Assembly: GCA_046761065.1 (NCBI GenBank)
Contig: JBHIFL010000001.1
Location: 96,001-160,000 of the forward strand
Direction: 5' to 3'
Length of the DNA stretch: 64,000 bases
Source of the DNA: Candidatus Heimdallarchaeota archaeon
Lineage (GTDB): Archaea; Asgardarchaeota; Wukongarchaeia; Wukongarchaeales; JBHIFL01
The notes under the pieces were generated by a model, which saw only the letters and a program-made list of their open reading frames with translations, did not search any database and was not told the DNA's origin. Below, one piece after another: positions 9,926 to 19,628 of the stretch (position 1 is its first letter; each line of letters starts with the position of its first letter). The translations under genes were made by a program, and so were the position numbers.

Positions 9926-10927
9926 ATGGGAGTGATCAAGGCGATGGATAAACCCATGCGGGAAATGATCGAACTCCCCGCAGCCGTTTATCGAAAAATC
10001 ATCCGCCATAGCCTTATCGGGCTTCGCGAACCTACAGAAAATGGTACGTACCGGTATGACCGTTGGAAAGAAGTCATCGGAACCCTCCTTGGAAAGTTCA
10101 AAGCTGGGAAAATCGAGATCGTCGATGCCATCGCCCTTGGCGAGGGTAGCCACACCCATGTTCTTGCCACTAATTACGAAAAAATTTTTGAAACCCGCGA
10201 TTTTGAAGCCCAGCTCCTCCTCGACGACGCAGACCGCGTGAGTATCTGTGGTTGGTACCACTCGCACCCCGGTTTTAGCTTCTTTCTGAGCGGGACCGAT
10301 AAAGCCACCCAAACAACCTACCAACAGCAACACGACCGAGCCATCGCGCTGGTGGTGGATCCCACGGCCATTTTTTGGGCGAATGAACCAGGAATTAGGG
10401 GGTTCCGGGTCCAAGACCGGGGGATTTTCGGAAGGAGGGAGGTGTCGTTGAAGGTTTCAGTAATTGGACTGGAGAGGGAATTTCGGGAGGTTCTGGGGGA
10501 ACTTGTTGAGGAGCTGGGCTTTGACAAGCCCCTAGCCGCGGTTCTCCCCAAACCGGTGGTAGCCGCGCCGCCGAAGTTCCTGCCCACCCCCCTGCAGGAG
10601 ATCCGGGTCTTTTTTAGAGTCCCGGAACAAGTCACTGTTGGAAAAGCCTTCACGGTAGCGGTGGGAGTCGAGGGGATTGAGACAGGGGTAATCCAGCTCG
10701 AATACGAGCTAATTCTCCCAGAGGAGCTCACAATCATTTCACAACTCTGGCACAAAGAGCGGGCCTACGCGTATCATGAGGTGATGACCAACGGGACGGT
10801 ACGGGTTTTCAGGGTGCGCGCGGACCGAGCGGCTTCGGTTGACATCATCTTTGATAATATTGTGGTGTCAAACGCGCGTGAAGCGGTTTCTATGGGGCGG
10901 CAAACCCTCACGGTAATTGCCATTTAA
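9926..10927 (+). CDS. JAMM/MPN+ metalloprotease (Rpn11/CSN5-like) with C-terminal beta-sandwich domain
   Basis: EVIGTLLG and GWYHSHPGFSFFLSGTD (intact E...HxHx7SxxD), ALVVDP, Pro-rich linker, beta-rich C-terminus. Confidence 0.88.
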   Translation: MGVIKAMDKPMREMIELPAAVYRKIIRHSLIGLREPTENGTYRYDRWKEVIGTLLGKFKAGKIEIVDAIALGEGSHTHVLATNYEKIFETRDFEAQLLLDDADRVSICGWYHSHPGFSFFLSGTDKATQTTYQQQHDRAIALVVDPTAIFWANEPGIRGFRVQDRGIFGRREVSLKVSVIGLEREFREVLGELVEELGFDKPLAAVLPKPVVAAPPKFLPTPLQEIRVFFRVPEQVTVGKAFTVAVGVEGIETGVIQLEYELILPEELTIISQLWHKERAYAYHEVMTNGTVRVFRVRADRAASVDIIFDNIVVSNAREAVSMGRQTLTVIAI

Positions 10928-10956
10928 TGAAGAAGTAGCTTTTTTAGGAGTAGACA

Positions 10957-11520
10957 TTACTCCCCTCGGCGGCGTTTCCGTTCTTGATAGGAACCCACAA
11001 GCCCAATAGCGAAGATTGCTAAGAGAAAAGCAGAGGCCCCAATAAACAGGTAGACCAACCAGCGGCGGCGAGGTAGTGGTTCTGTGACAATTAGAGTCAA
11101 ATTTGTATTTGGGAGCAGATCTACTTCGGTCGCATTAAATGGAGTTGTATACCCAAATTTCAGGGTCACATTGTAGTCCCCTCCCTCCAGGTTCTCGATA
11201 AGAACGGTCATGAGTTCGGTTTTGGAGGTATTAGAGGGAATATTTAGCTTGTCATAGGTGATATTAAAGGATTGAACCTCTGCGGACTTGTTATAAATTG
11301 AGATCCAAAAGTGTTTCAGGGTAATCTGATGAGTCTGTTCATTCATTAGACTTGCGCTGAATGTGACATTTGTTGGGCCAGTGATGGTATCAGGAACCAC
11401 AGTCTGATCATATATAAAAAGATCGTTCTCCACAATAGTTGTTTTCGCCGGAGAAGCCAGGATTTGGGCGACCAAAACGGCACTCATCATGATAAGTCCG
11501 TAAATACCTTTTGAGTTCAC
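10957..11520 (-). CDS. Type I membrane protein with Ig-like ectodomain, TRAP-alpha (SSR1)-like
   Basis: Signal peptide, beta-rich domain with several NxS/T sequons, C-terminal TM followed by ERKRRR. The pattern resembles the TRAP-alpha lumenal domain. Confidence 0.6.
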   Translation of the reverse strand: MNSKGIYGLIMMSAVLVAQILASPAKTTIVENDLFIYDQTVVPDTITGPTNVTFSASLMNEQTHQITLKHFWISIYNKSAEVQSFNITYDKLNIPSNTSKTELMTVLIENLEGGDYNVTLKFGYTTPFNATEVDLLPNTNLTLIVTEPLPRRRWLVYLFIGASAFLLAIFAIGLVGSYQERKRRRGE

Positions 11521-11623
11521 CTCAATAGGCCTCCAAGTAGTCGTATAGACACATTCCCTGATGAAGTATCCTTGGTGTTTTATAATGGTCTTTGCATATG
11601 TTCAGTCCATTGATTGACCGATA

Positions 11624-12250
11624 CTAGTCTTCAAACAACATTTTCGAGATGAACAGTCGAAGTTCTCGTCGCTGACGGGCGACTTTTGCTTCAAACGTAT
11701 TATCAATCATTATCGATCTATCAGCCTTTTGTGTTCGAACCCCACCTATACAATTGAGTCGATCTGGCAGAAGATAGAGGGTTGTCGGGGTTTTTATTCG
11801 ATTGGCGACGAGTTTTTCCAGTTTTTGAAGGTTCTGCAGTAATCGTGCATCGTTATGGTTGGTTTGCACATGAATTTCCCCCCCACCAAGTCCTATCGCA
11901 CCTTCGATGATTAAATTTTCGAGTAAAGACGCATATTCCGGGGTCTTGGTGAATGCTTGTAGTTTTTCCATCACGACTGTGAACGCTTGCTCAATCATTT
12001 TTTCCTTTGTTGCTAATATTTCCATCCGTGTTTGGAGCCCCGTCCGAGCAAGTTCCCGTCTCTTCGACAGCTCTCCTTCTGCTCTGATATCCCGTAAGAT
12101 GCGTTGTCGGCGCCGTTCCGCTTCCTCTTGGGCTTCTCTTATTATCCGGGCTTTCTCCTCCTCGGCTTCTGCGAGGATTTTCGTCGCTTCCGCCTTTGCT
12201 TCGTTCATTATCGTCCGTACCAGCTTCTCGAGCGTTTCTACGGTCTCCAT
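11624..12250 (-). CDS. atpE: A/V-type ATP synthase subunit E
   Basis: N-terminal charged coiled coil, C-terminal CIGGV..DNTFEA..LF. No other ATPase subunits adjacent. Confidence 0.9.
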   Translation of the reverse strand: METVETLEKLVRTIMNEAKAEATKILAEAEEEKARIIREAQEEAERRRQRILRDIRAEGELSKRRELARTGLQTRMEILATKEKMIEQAFTVVMEKLQAFTKTPEYASLLENLIIEGAIGLGGGEIHVQTNHNDARLLQNLQKLEKLVANRIKTPTTLYLLPDRLNCIGGVRTQKADRSIMIDNTFEAKVARQRRELRLFISKMLFED

Positions 12251-12795
12251 GCTTTACCACCAGCTCACGTGTGGGATATAATCGAGGGAAAAGGTGGGAT
12301 TACTCAGCCAACGAGAGTGTGATTAGAATACAGGGGCATTATAACCCTTCGGGATATTTTTTGACCTTTTTAAACATTTTGAATAAGAGATCTTTTAGCT
12401 CTAGATAGTAAGATAAGGAACTATTGTCTTCCCCTCATGAGAAGACCCTTAATATTTTTTTCCTTGCAGGGAAGTTCCTAGATCTAGAATCTTCAAATTA
12501 TTGCTTTCTAGTTTTGCCAGTTCATATTTGTATTGAGCACAGGAAAATTTTACCCTTTATCTAAAAATAAATCGGACCCTAAAGAATCTTAAAACAGGAT
12601 GGGTGTTTTAGCAGTTTTAAACTATATAGGGACACTTTACCTTAAGTTTTTGTATATGAAAAGAGGTTACTTCCTCACTAATGAGTTTTAGGCATTGGTT
12701 ATAACCTAATTTACCTCCATCGAGAATAGGATCAGCAGCTTTTCTTTTGCTAGCTACCCTTGTCTCACTATAGTTTCGCGTTCTGTTTTTTTTCT

Positions 12796-14158
12796 CAAAT
12801 TGGCGAGAAGACTCCCTCCGAACGGGAGGAGATGAATCGCCTCAACGGGGTTTAAATGGGACGAAGGCTACAGTAATTCGTGAAAAGGTAATGTATCTGG
12901 TGCAAAAAAATCACTTGCGAGGACTATCGAAACGCGAATATAAACTACTCCACCAATTAACCCATCTGCCTAAGACCCTCTATAACTATACGCTCTACAC
13001 GGTGCGCCAATATTTCTTTGCGAAGGGAGTGTTTCTGCCCTACGAGCAAGCCTATCATCATGTTAAAGTGAATGAGCATTACCGGAGGTTACCCTCCCAA
13101 GTTGCCCAGCAGACGATGAAAGTTGTAACGCCTGCGATGCGACCCTTTTTTGGCTTGCAGCGGGCGCGGAAGAAGGGGAAGTATCCTCACCCGATTCGGC
13201 TGCCTCACTATTTACCGAAAGATGGCTTCTTTGTGTGTACCTTCCCAAAAGATATGTTCAAAGTCGAAGGAGAGATGCTTCGCCTCTCGCTCGGGCGATA
13301 TTTTGCTAACGAATGTGGGGTCCGATATCTCCATTTCAAAGTCCCCTCTCATGTGGTCGGGAAGCTGATCAAGGAAATTCGGCTCCTCCCTCGCTATCAA
13401 GGATGCTATTTCAAGATCGAATACGTCTATACCGTTGGCCCGGAAGCCCCGGAATTAGATCCCACGAAATACTTAGGCATTGATTTGGGGTTGAACAACT
13501 TTGCCACCTGCGTTTCCACGGACGGGACTGCCCTCATTCTTGAAGGTAAGGGAATAAAATCATATAACCGTTGGTGGAACAAGCAGAAAGCGATATTACA
13601 ATCAGTCTATGACAAGCAAGGAGTAAAATTTGGACGAAAGATGGCATGGCTCCTACACAAACGCAAACATGTCATAAATAACTTCATGGCTCAAGCCGTC
13701 CATTGGATCCTTCAGGAATGTCTCACGCACCAGATTGGGACGGTGGTGATCGGCGAGCTGAAAACCATCAAGCAACACATCAACTTAGGAAAGAAAACGA
13801 ACCAAAACTTCCAGTATATCCCCTTTGGGGGTTTTAAGAAAAAACTACGAGCGAAATGTGAGTATTACGGGATCATGGTACTTGAAATAGAGGAAGTGTA
13901 CACATCCCAGACCTGCTCCGCTTGCGGAGTCCGCGAGAAGAAGAATCGGAAGTATCGGGGATTATATGCGTGTCGCACTTGTGGGATAGTCCGGAATACG
14001 GATGTCAATGGAGCGATCAACATCCTCCAAGTAGCCTCTGAGTCCATCAAGATAGGAGGTAGTGGGCGGGTGAATCGCCCGGGGCGAATAAGGATACCAA
14101 CCGTCGTTGGACAGCACCCTTCGCCCGAAGCTTCGCCCGGCAGGGCGGGGTAGTTCAC
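12796..14158 (+). mobile_element. IS200/IS605-family, IS1341-type (tnpB-only) insertion sequence
   Basis: Left-end hairpin GGCGA..CTCCC..GGGAG..TCGCC (12802-12841), right-end hairpin GAAGCTTCGCCCGGCAGGGCGGGGTAGTTCAC ending at 14158, tnpB inside, no tnpA. Left boundary is approximate. Confidence 0.85.
12891..14153 (+). CDS. tnpB: RNA-guided endonuclease TnpB
   Basis: RuvC residues in LGIDLG, VIGEL and NTDVNGAINIL. YTSQTCSAC...CRTCG zinc finger. Confidence 0.95.
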   Translation: MYLVQKNHLRGLSKREYKLLHQLTHLPKTLYNYTLYTVRQYFFAKGVFLPYEQAYHHVKVNEHYRRLPSQVAQQTMKVVTPAMRPFFGLQRARKKGKYPHPIRLPHYLPKDGFFVCTFPKDMFKVEGEMLRLSLGRYFANECGVRYLHFKVPSHVVGKLIKEIRLLPRYQGCYFKIEYVYTVGPEAPELDPTKYLGIDLGLNNFATCVSTDGTALILEGKGIKSYNRWWNKQKAILQSVYDKQGVKFGRKMAWLLHKRKHVINNFMAQAVHWILQECLTHQIGTVVIGELKTIKQHINLGKKTNQNFQYIPFGGFKKKLRAKCEYYGIMVLEIEEVYTSQTCSACGVREKKNRKYRGLYACRTCGIVRNTDVNGAINILQVASESIKIGGSGRVNRPGRIRIPTVVGQHPSPEASPGRAG

Positions 14159-14189
14159 AGGTCCCCGTAGACTCAGAGGAGGGAAACTA

Positions 14190-15518
14190 TTGAAAGTCAT
14201 TGCGGACCTCCATATCCATTCGCCGTTCTCATCTGGCACTAGTCGATCTATTTCGCTTGAGCGTTTAGTGCACTTTGCTACCCATAAAGGAGTGAATCTT
14301 CTAGGAACTGGGGATTTTCTTCAGCCAAGATGGTTGAAGGAATGCAAGAAGACACTTCAAGAACTTGATGTGGTTCCAGGAATTTACCAGATGGATCCTG
14401 GTCGAAAAGTTTTCTTTCTTGTTGCAGGAGAAGTTTCTGTATGTTTTGAGACGCAAAATAAATCCAAAAAAATTCATATTCTGATTCTCTGCTCCGATTT
14501 TGCAGTTGCGGAGCAATTACAAAGTCGCTTAAGACGATTTGGTGATCTCGAGGATGGACGTCCCGAGCTAGATCTCACTCCCCCAGAGCTTGTGGAACTC
14601 GTCAAAGAAACGGATCAAAATGCAGAGCTCGTCCCCTGTCATATTTTTACCAGTTGGTATTCAGTGCTGGGGCAGCATGGATTCGATTGTCTTCAAGATT
14701 GTTTTGAGGATAAAACTAAAGATCTCCTTGCTCTAGAGACCGGTTTATCGGCAGACCCATTAATGGCTTTCCGGATCAGTGAGTTAGATGCGTTCCCCCT
14801 CATTTCTAATTCGGACCTGCACAGTCCCTGGCCTTATCGCCTGGGTAGGGAAGCCAATGTTTTCGAGCTGGAGGAGCTATCATATTATCATGTTCGCGAT
14901 GCGATCAAGCAGCGGGATCCGACTCACTTCAGATTCACCCTTGAACTGGATCCCCGCTTAGGAAAATACTACCATACAGGGCATCGCAAGGATCGAAAAT
15001 ACCGAATCCGTGTGAAACGAAATCGCCAAGGGAGTTGGGAGAATCAGTGGATCCCTCATGAACATGATGTCATCTTTACTGATCCAAAATTAGCTATGGC
15101 CTGTGGAAATTTATGTCCCTGTGGCCAAAAGTTAACTATTGGTGTTTTACAACGGGTTGAAGAATTAGCAGACCGTGAAATGGGTTATATCCCTCTGAAT
15201 ATAATTCCATTCAAAACTGTGATTCCTCTTATGGAGATTATCTCAAAGACAACTCATGCAGGACTGTTTTCAAAACTTTTATGGGATAAATATGTAAGAT
15301 TGACCCGAACGTTCGGAAATGAGCTTAATGTCTTATTGTCAGTCCCATATGAATCACTCCGAGTCACAGCGGGCAACAAGCTAAGTGAAGCGATCCTTAG
15401 AGTCCGAGAAGGGCGTATTACCATCTCTCCTGGGTTCGATGGAGTGTATGGTACACTCAATATTCTTTCTAATACAGAACTCGCACAAGACTCAAAAAAA
15501 TCGAGTCAAAAGAGCTAG
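14190..15518 (+). CDS. endoQ: Endonuclease Q (PHP-domain DNA repair endonuclease)
   Basis: ADLHIHSPFS, GTGDF, HIFTSW, ETGLSAD, SNSDLHS, RLGREAN, GKYY.TGHR, PGFDGVYG. Confidence 0.9.
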   Translation: MKVIADLHIHSPFSSGTSRSISLERLVHFATHKGVNLLGTGDFLQPRWLKECKKTLQELDVVPGIYQMDPGRKVFFLVAGEVSVCFETQNKSKKIHILILCSDFAVAEQLQSRLRRFGDLEDGRPELDLTPPELVELVKETDQNAELVPCHIFTSWYSVLGQHGFDCLQDCFEDKTKDLLALETGLSADPLMAFRISELDAFPLISNSDLHSPWPYRLGREANVFELEELSYYHVRDAIKQRDPTHFRFTLELDPRLGKYYHTGHRKDRKYRIRVKRNRQGSWENQWIPHEHDVIFTDPKLAMACGNLCPCGQKLTIGVLQRVEELADREMGYIPLNIIPFKTVIPLMEIISKTTHAGLFSKLLWDKYVRLTRTFGNELNVLLSVPYESLRVTAGNKLSEAILRVREGRITISPGFDGVYGTLNILSNTELAQDSKKSSQKS

Positions 15519-15618
15519 TATTCACTTCATACATAAGAATTAAGTCGGAAGAAACAAAACATGATAGATGATTTAGTGTTCTTATTGAACCGCAAGACCA
15601 TTTCCTGTCTATTGTATA

Positions 15619-17136
15619 TTATTTACTTGGACTTCGAAAATCCTTGAAATAATGATCTTCAGTCATACCGGTGATTCTTTTAAAATATTGGTCTGGCTCG
15701 ATCCCTGCTATTATCATTGCTAGTTCTTTTTTCTTGTCAATGCCACTTCGTCTTGTGATCATGATTTTCTGAGCTGCCGGTGAACCAGCTCCATGTAATG
15801 CTTCAGGTAATCCTGCTCCAATCGCCATATTCTCAATAAGCCGGAACATCCGAATCTTATCCTCGGTCCGAACTCCTTCTTTGGCACCTAAGGCCCACTC
15901 CATATATTTCCCGACATTAAGATTCTTGTAGTCCTGTTCAGATGGGAGGGTGATAATGAGCCCGCCTGCGACATCCTGTGCAAGACGCATCCACTCATAG
16001 GTTGACCTTGTGATATTCAACTTCACAACGTTGGCTAGCAATGGATGTGGGACGTAAGCGCCGGATGGGGTCTGGTAACCTTCATAGGAGCATGCTAACG
16101 AGCACGACCAGCAGGTTTCTGCAAGATGTACCATTTCCGCAATCGTATTACGAATATTTGATGCCTTCTCGACGCCATGCGCCTCAGCGATCCATTGTGC
16201 CGCACCTGTCACCACATCGGCCAAACCCACTTTACATCCTCCGTAGTTCTGCCGATGATAGCCAGCAAATGTCTCTACGAGCTCTGTGGAGAAGTCGGCC
16301 TCACCACACATGAAGACACGATCCCAAGGAATGAAGACATCGTCAAAGATAATAAGGGCTTCCCCGCCAACGATACCGTACTTAGCATTCCCAGCATCAA
16401 CTTCACACTCGAGCCGTCTTGTATCATTTGTTTGGCGCCCAAAGATCAAGGTTACCCCCTCCGTGTCAATAGGAACCGCATAAGAGATGGCAAAATCCTT
16501 GTCATCTGGGCCCATGGTGCGGGTCGGCATGGCGATGATTTCATGGGAATTGACTGTACCGGTGATGTGGGCTTTTGCACCACGAACGATGATCCCATCC
16601 TCTCGTTTTTCGGTTACATGGACGTAGACGTCTGGGTTTGGCTGCTGATGTGGGCGAAGACTACGATCCCCCTTCGTATCGGACATCGCGCCTGCAGGCA
16701 TTAAATCGTTCGTTTGCACGTATTTCACATATTCTTTAACCCGCTCATGATAATTGGTACTCCCAGATTTACGATCAATGTCATAGGAGACGACATAAAG
16801 TGCGTTCAGGGCATCAAGCCCTACGCAACGTTGCCAACAGGTCCCAGTTTTCTGACCAAGCAGCCGCATCATTCGAACTTTATTCACGAGATCTTGGTGT
16901 GATTGATGGATGTGAACGAACCGGTTTACCCGCTCTTCGGTTAGGTGGCTGACTGCCGTCATAATAGTTTGGTATTCTGGTTCATGGGCCAACTCGTAGG
17001 TCATCGCGGCAGCATTCACATGAGGTTTGAAAAGCGGAAAATCCACAACACTCTCAACCCGCTCCCCTAAAGCGTAAACTTTAGGATTCAGTTTACGTAA
17101 GCTCTCGGTATATTCTTTCCCAGTCATTAGCATCAA
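15619..17136 (-). CDS. abfD: 4-hydroxybutyryl-CoA dehydratase / vinylacetyl-CoA isomerase
   Basis: TCWQRCVGLDA and HRQNYGGCK provide the 3Cys+His 4Fe-4S ligands. SDTKGDRS, GAKAH, EALHGAGSP. Confidence 0.9.
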   Translation of the reverse strand: MMLMTGKEYTESLRKLNPKVYALGERVESVVDFPLFKPHVNAAAMTYELAHEPEYQTIMTAVSHLTEERVNRFVHIHQSHQDLVNKVRMMRLLGQKTGTCWQRCVGLDALNALYVVSYDIDRKSGSTNYHERVKEYVKYVQTNDLMPAGAMSDTKGDRSLRPHQQPNPDVYVHVTEKREDGIIVRGAKAHITGTVNSHEIIAMPTRTMGPDDKDFAISYAVPIDTEGVTLIFGRQTNDTRRLECEVDAGNAKYGIVGGEALIIFDDVFIPWDRVFMCGEADFSTELVETFAGYHRQNYGGCKVGLADVVTGAAQWIAEAHGVEKASNIRNTIAEMVHLAETCWSCSLACSYEGYQTPSGAYVPHPLLANVVKLNITRSTYEWMRLAQDVAGGLIITLPSEQDYKNLNVGKYMEWALGAKEGVRTEDKIRMFRLIENMAIGAGLPEALHGAGSPAAQKIMITRRSGIDKKKELAMIIAGIEPDQYFKRITGMTEDHYFKDFRSPSK

Positions 17137-17406
17137 AGGACACCATAGTCCTTATGAGAGGATGATAGCTTAAAGCTTCTGCTTTGAGGAAGACTTAAAT
17201 AGGAATAAACGGATGTAGAACTTATAAATGACTTAAAAAGGCGAGAAAAAAGCACTTAAGGGTCGGAATAATACACAATAACGCTGTTGGTCGAATCGGA
17301 ACCATTGCTCAAGTTACAGAAGAGCTCTTAATGAAAAACTTAAAGAGTGTTAACAAAGGGTAATTCCTAGATAGAACAATAACACCACCGAATACAGGAG
17401 ATAAGC

Positions 17407-17778
17407 ATGAACGAGAAAGAACCTGAATTACAACCAGCTTTGAAGATCAAAATTTCGTCGCTACCAGATCTTCTTCGTATGATTGCCTCGACTGCACTCC
17501 CAGAACAGTCGCCCACCTTATTGTCATTTCAGGTAGGCTCAAACAAATGGATTCTTGCGTCTTTAATACTATTACCCGCGTGGTATCAGTTAAGAAGCCT
17601 CCCAATCCTTGTCTATATAGAGCGAGAGGAACCTCCTGAGGGACCGTTCTTTCGATATAGAGCCACTGAAAAAGAAGAGGAAGAAATCGGGTTCTGTCAC
17701 TCTACGAAAGACTCAAGCTATGGCTATATACCGATCATCCACCTCGCGGAAGTCCCTGAGGTTTTCTGGATCGAATAA
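17407..17778 (+). CDS. Conserved archaeal hypothetical protein
   Basis: 123 aa with AGGAG RBS. The ...GPFFRY...YIPIIHL C-terminus resembles a TACK/Asgard uncharacterised family (from recall). Confidence 0.7.
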   Translation: MNEKEPELQPALKIKISSLPDLLRMIASTALPEQSPTLLSFQVGSNKWILASLILLPAWYQLRSLPILVYIEREEPPEGPFFRYRATEKEEEEIGFCHSTKDSSYGYIPIIHLAEVPEVFWIE

Positions 17779-17830
17779 GTTGCGATAAGAGGACTAAGAT
17801 CGTTTTTAGTTAACGTAGGGACTCAGAAAC

Positions 17831-18823
17831 CTAGTAATTGGACTGATCTGCGGCATGCCAGCTCCGAAAGAGGATTAGGAGGAACAATAAGGCATTCAAT
17901 GTGACCAAACTACTTTTTTCAAAATTGCTACGCCGAAGCAGTTCGAGAAGGATGAAGGGTAGAACAAGCAAAAGACTCACGAGATTCGTCCCAGAAAAAA
18001 ATCTTTGTCCCAAGCCTTTTACTGTCCGAATTAGAAAAGTCAGAATTCCAAAACCCAATCCCAAACCTTGAAAAAGCCGCAAATAGAAAGGAATCTGCCA
18101 ATCGCCTTGGATGAAGAGAGCTTCAGTGCCAATAAAGATCCCCAAAGAAATAATGGTTATAAAATTCGTAGGAATCTCGACATAGCGGTCTATTTGCGCG
18201 GCCCCCTCATAGATCAAGTAGAGAAATCCACCAATAGCTGCCGCGGAGGCTAAATTTACGCCTGAGGTGTAGATTTTGTCAATATTATTTAACCAAAGGG
18301 TACCAAGATAGGTCAGCAAAGTCCTTAGAAACGCCCGATAGGATACGATTAGGAGGAGGGGAATTGGAGACAACAAAAGTGTAAGAAACACCCGAAGTTT
18401 CGGTGTCGCTTTTTCTTCCATTTCCTCTTCATGGGACTTAAAGAGGAGGCTATAAAGGAACCAGCCGGAGAAGATGGCGAGGAAAGAGGAGAAGAGTGGA
18501 AGGATAAAAAAACAAAGGGCCAATACAAAGTTAAATGTATAAAAAATACGAATGACTGTGGGCATTCGAGCGATGGTTTCCCCAGCGAAGCTGTACGTGT
18601 CAGCTAAGCGATACCGGTGAATAATAGTGAAAGCAAACCATGGAAAGAGTAAAAAAAGTGGTCCAATAACTTTTGCAATGAGTATTTCTATAGTAGGATT
18701 TGAAACAAGAACAATATCCAGATCTGGAAGGGCAACCCAAAATAAGCCAAAAAAATAGACCGGTAATAATATGGCTTGGAGTAAAACGATCAGTCGACCA
18801 ATGAGCAATTCCATGCGTTCCAA
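17831..18823 (-). CDS. Multi-pass membrane protein
   Basis: About 9-10 hydrophobic segments. Downstream of the ABC ATPase on the same strand. Confidence 0.8.
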   Translation of the reverse strand: MERMELLIGRLIVLLQAILLPVYFFGLFWVALPDLDIVLVSNPTIEILIAKVIGPLFLLFPWFAFTIIHRYRLADTYSFAGETIARMPTVIRIFYTFNFVLALCFFILPLFSSFLAIFSGWFLYSLLFKSHEEEMEEKATPKLRVFLTLLLSPIPLLLIVSYRAFLRTLLTYLGTLWLNNIDKIYTSGVNLASAAAIGGFLYLIYEGAAQIDRYVEIPTNFITIISLGIFIGTEALFIQGDWQIPFYLRLFQGLGLGFGILTFLIRTVKGLGQRFFSGTNLVSLLLVLPFILLELLRRSNFEKSSLVTLNALLFLLILFRSWHAADQSNY

Positions 18824-18915
18824 ATTTATCCCTCAACTAGTAAATCTAAACTCTCCTATAAAAAAAGAGAGGAATCATTTGAATTACTAGTTGGTGGAAA
18901 TCAATTGTTCTATTT

Positions 18916-19620
18916 TTAGCTTATGCTAGTGATTGAGCCATCCTTCATATATGCAACCCGATCAGCATAGTTCTTAGGCCATTCTTCATTATGAGTTACG
19001 ACTACTAAGGTGGTTTTCTTTTCTTCTTGGAGCCTTTTTAGAAGTTTGAAAATTTCATTCCCGATTTTCGAGTCAAGGTTGCCGGTCGGTTCATCCGCAA
19101 AAACCACCTTTGGGTTATTGATCAGTGCACGAGCAATTGCGGCCCTTTGCTGTTCCCCTCCTGAGAGATGGGTAGGCCGATGGTCCTTGCGTGACAATAA
19201 ATCAACGGCTCGAAGGAGTTCAATGGCTCGATCTTCGCGTTCTTTAGCTTTGATGCTGCTAACCGGCCATAATGGGGCTTCGACGTTTTCAATAGCCGTA
19301 AGATCGTCTAATAAATTATAGTCTTGAAAAATAAAACCGAGCTTTTCGCGTCTCATCTTGGGAAAATCCCGTTCAGTTACTTGGGCAGTATCCATTCCAT
19401 CAAAGATGACACGCCCACTAGAGGGTTGATCAAGGCCACTAAGCACATTAAGGAGTGAGGTTTTGCCACAACCACTAGGACCGACTATAAAAAACATCTC
19501 GCCATTCTTGATTTCGAGAGACACGTTTTTGACTGCTTGGATTACGGTTCGCCCTTTTCGGTATTCCTTATAAACTTCTTTCGCAACGATTATCGAATCT
19601 AACGACATCTTACTCACCAC
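18916..19620 (-). CDS. ABC transporter ATP-binding protein (LolD/MacB-like)
   Basis: GPSGCGKT, GFIFQDYNL, LSGGEQQR, FADEPTGNLD, VVTH. Confidence 0.95.
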   Translation of the reverse strand: MVSKMSLDSIIVAKEVYKEYRKGRTVIQAVKNVSLEIKNGEMFFIVGPSGCGKTSLLNVLSGLDQPSSGRVIFDGMDTAQVTERDFPKMRREKLGFIFQDYNLLDDLTAIENVEAPLWPVSSIKAKEREDRAIELLRAVDLLSRKDHRPTHLSGGEQQRAAIARALINNPKVVFADEPTGNLDSKIGNEIFKLLKRLQEEKKTTLVVVTHNEEWPKNYADRVAYMKDGSITSIS

Positions 19621-19628
19621 ACATGTTG

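Noticed and set aside
15619-17136. abfD as evidence for autotrophic 3HP/4HB or DC/4HB carbon fixation
   Set aside because: AbfD also serves 4-aminobutyrate or succinate fermentation, and no other cycle genes are present here.
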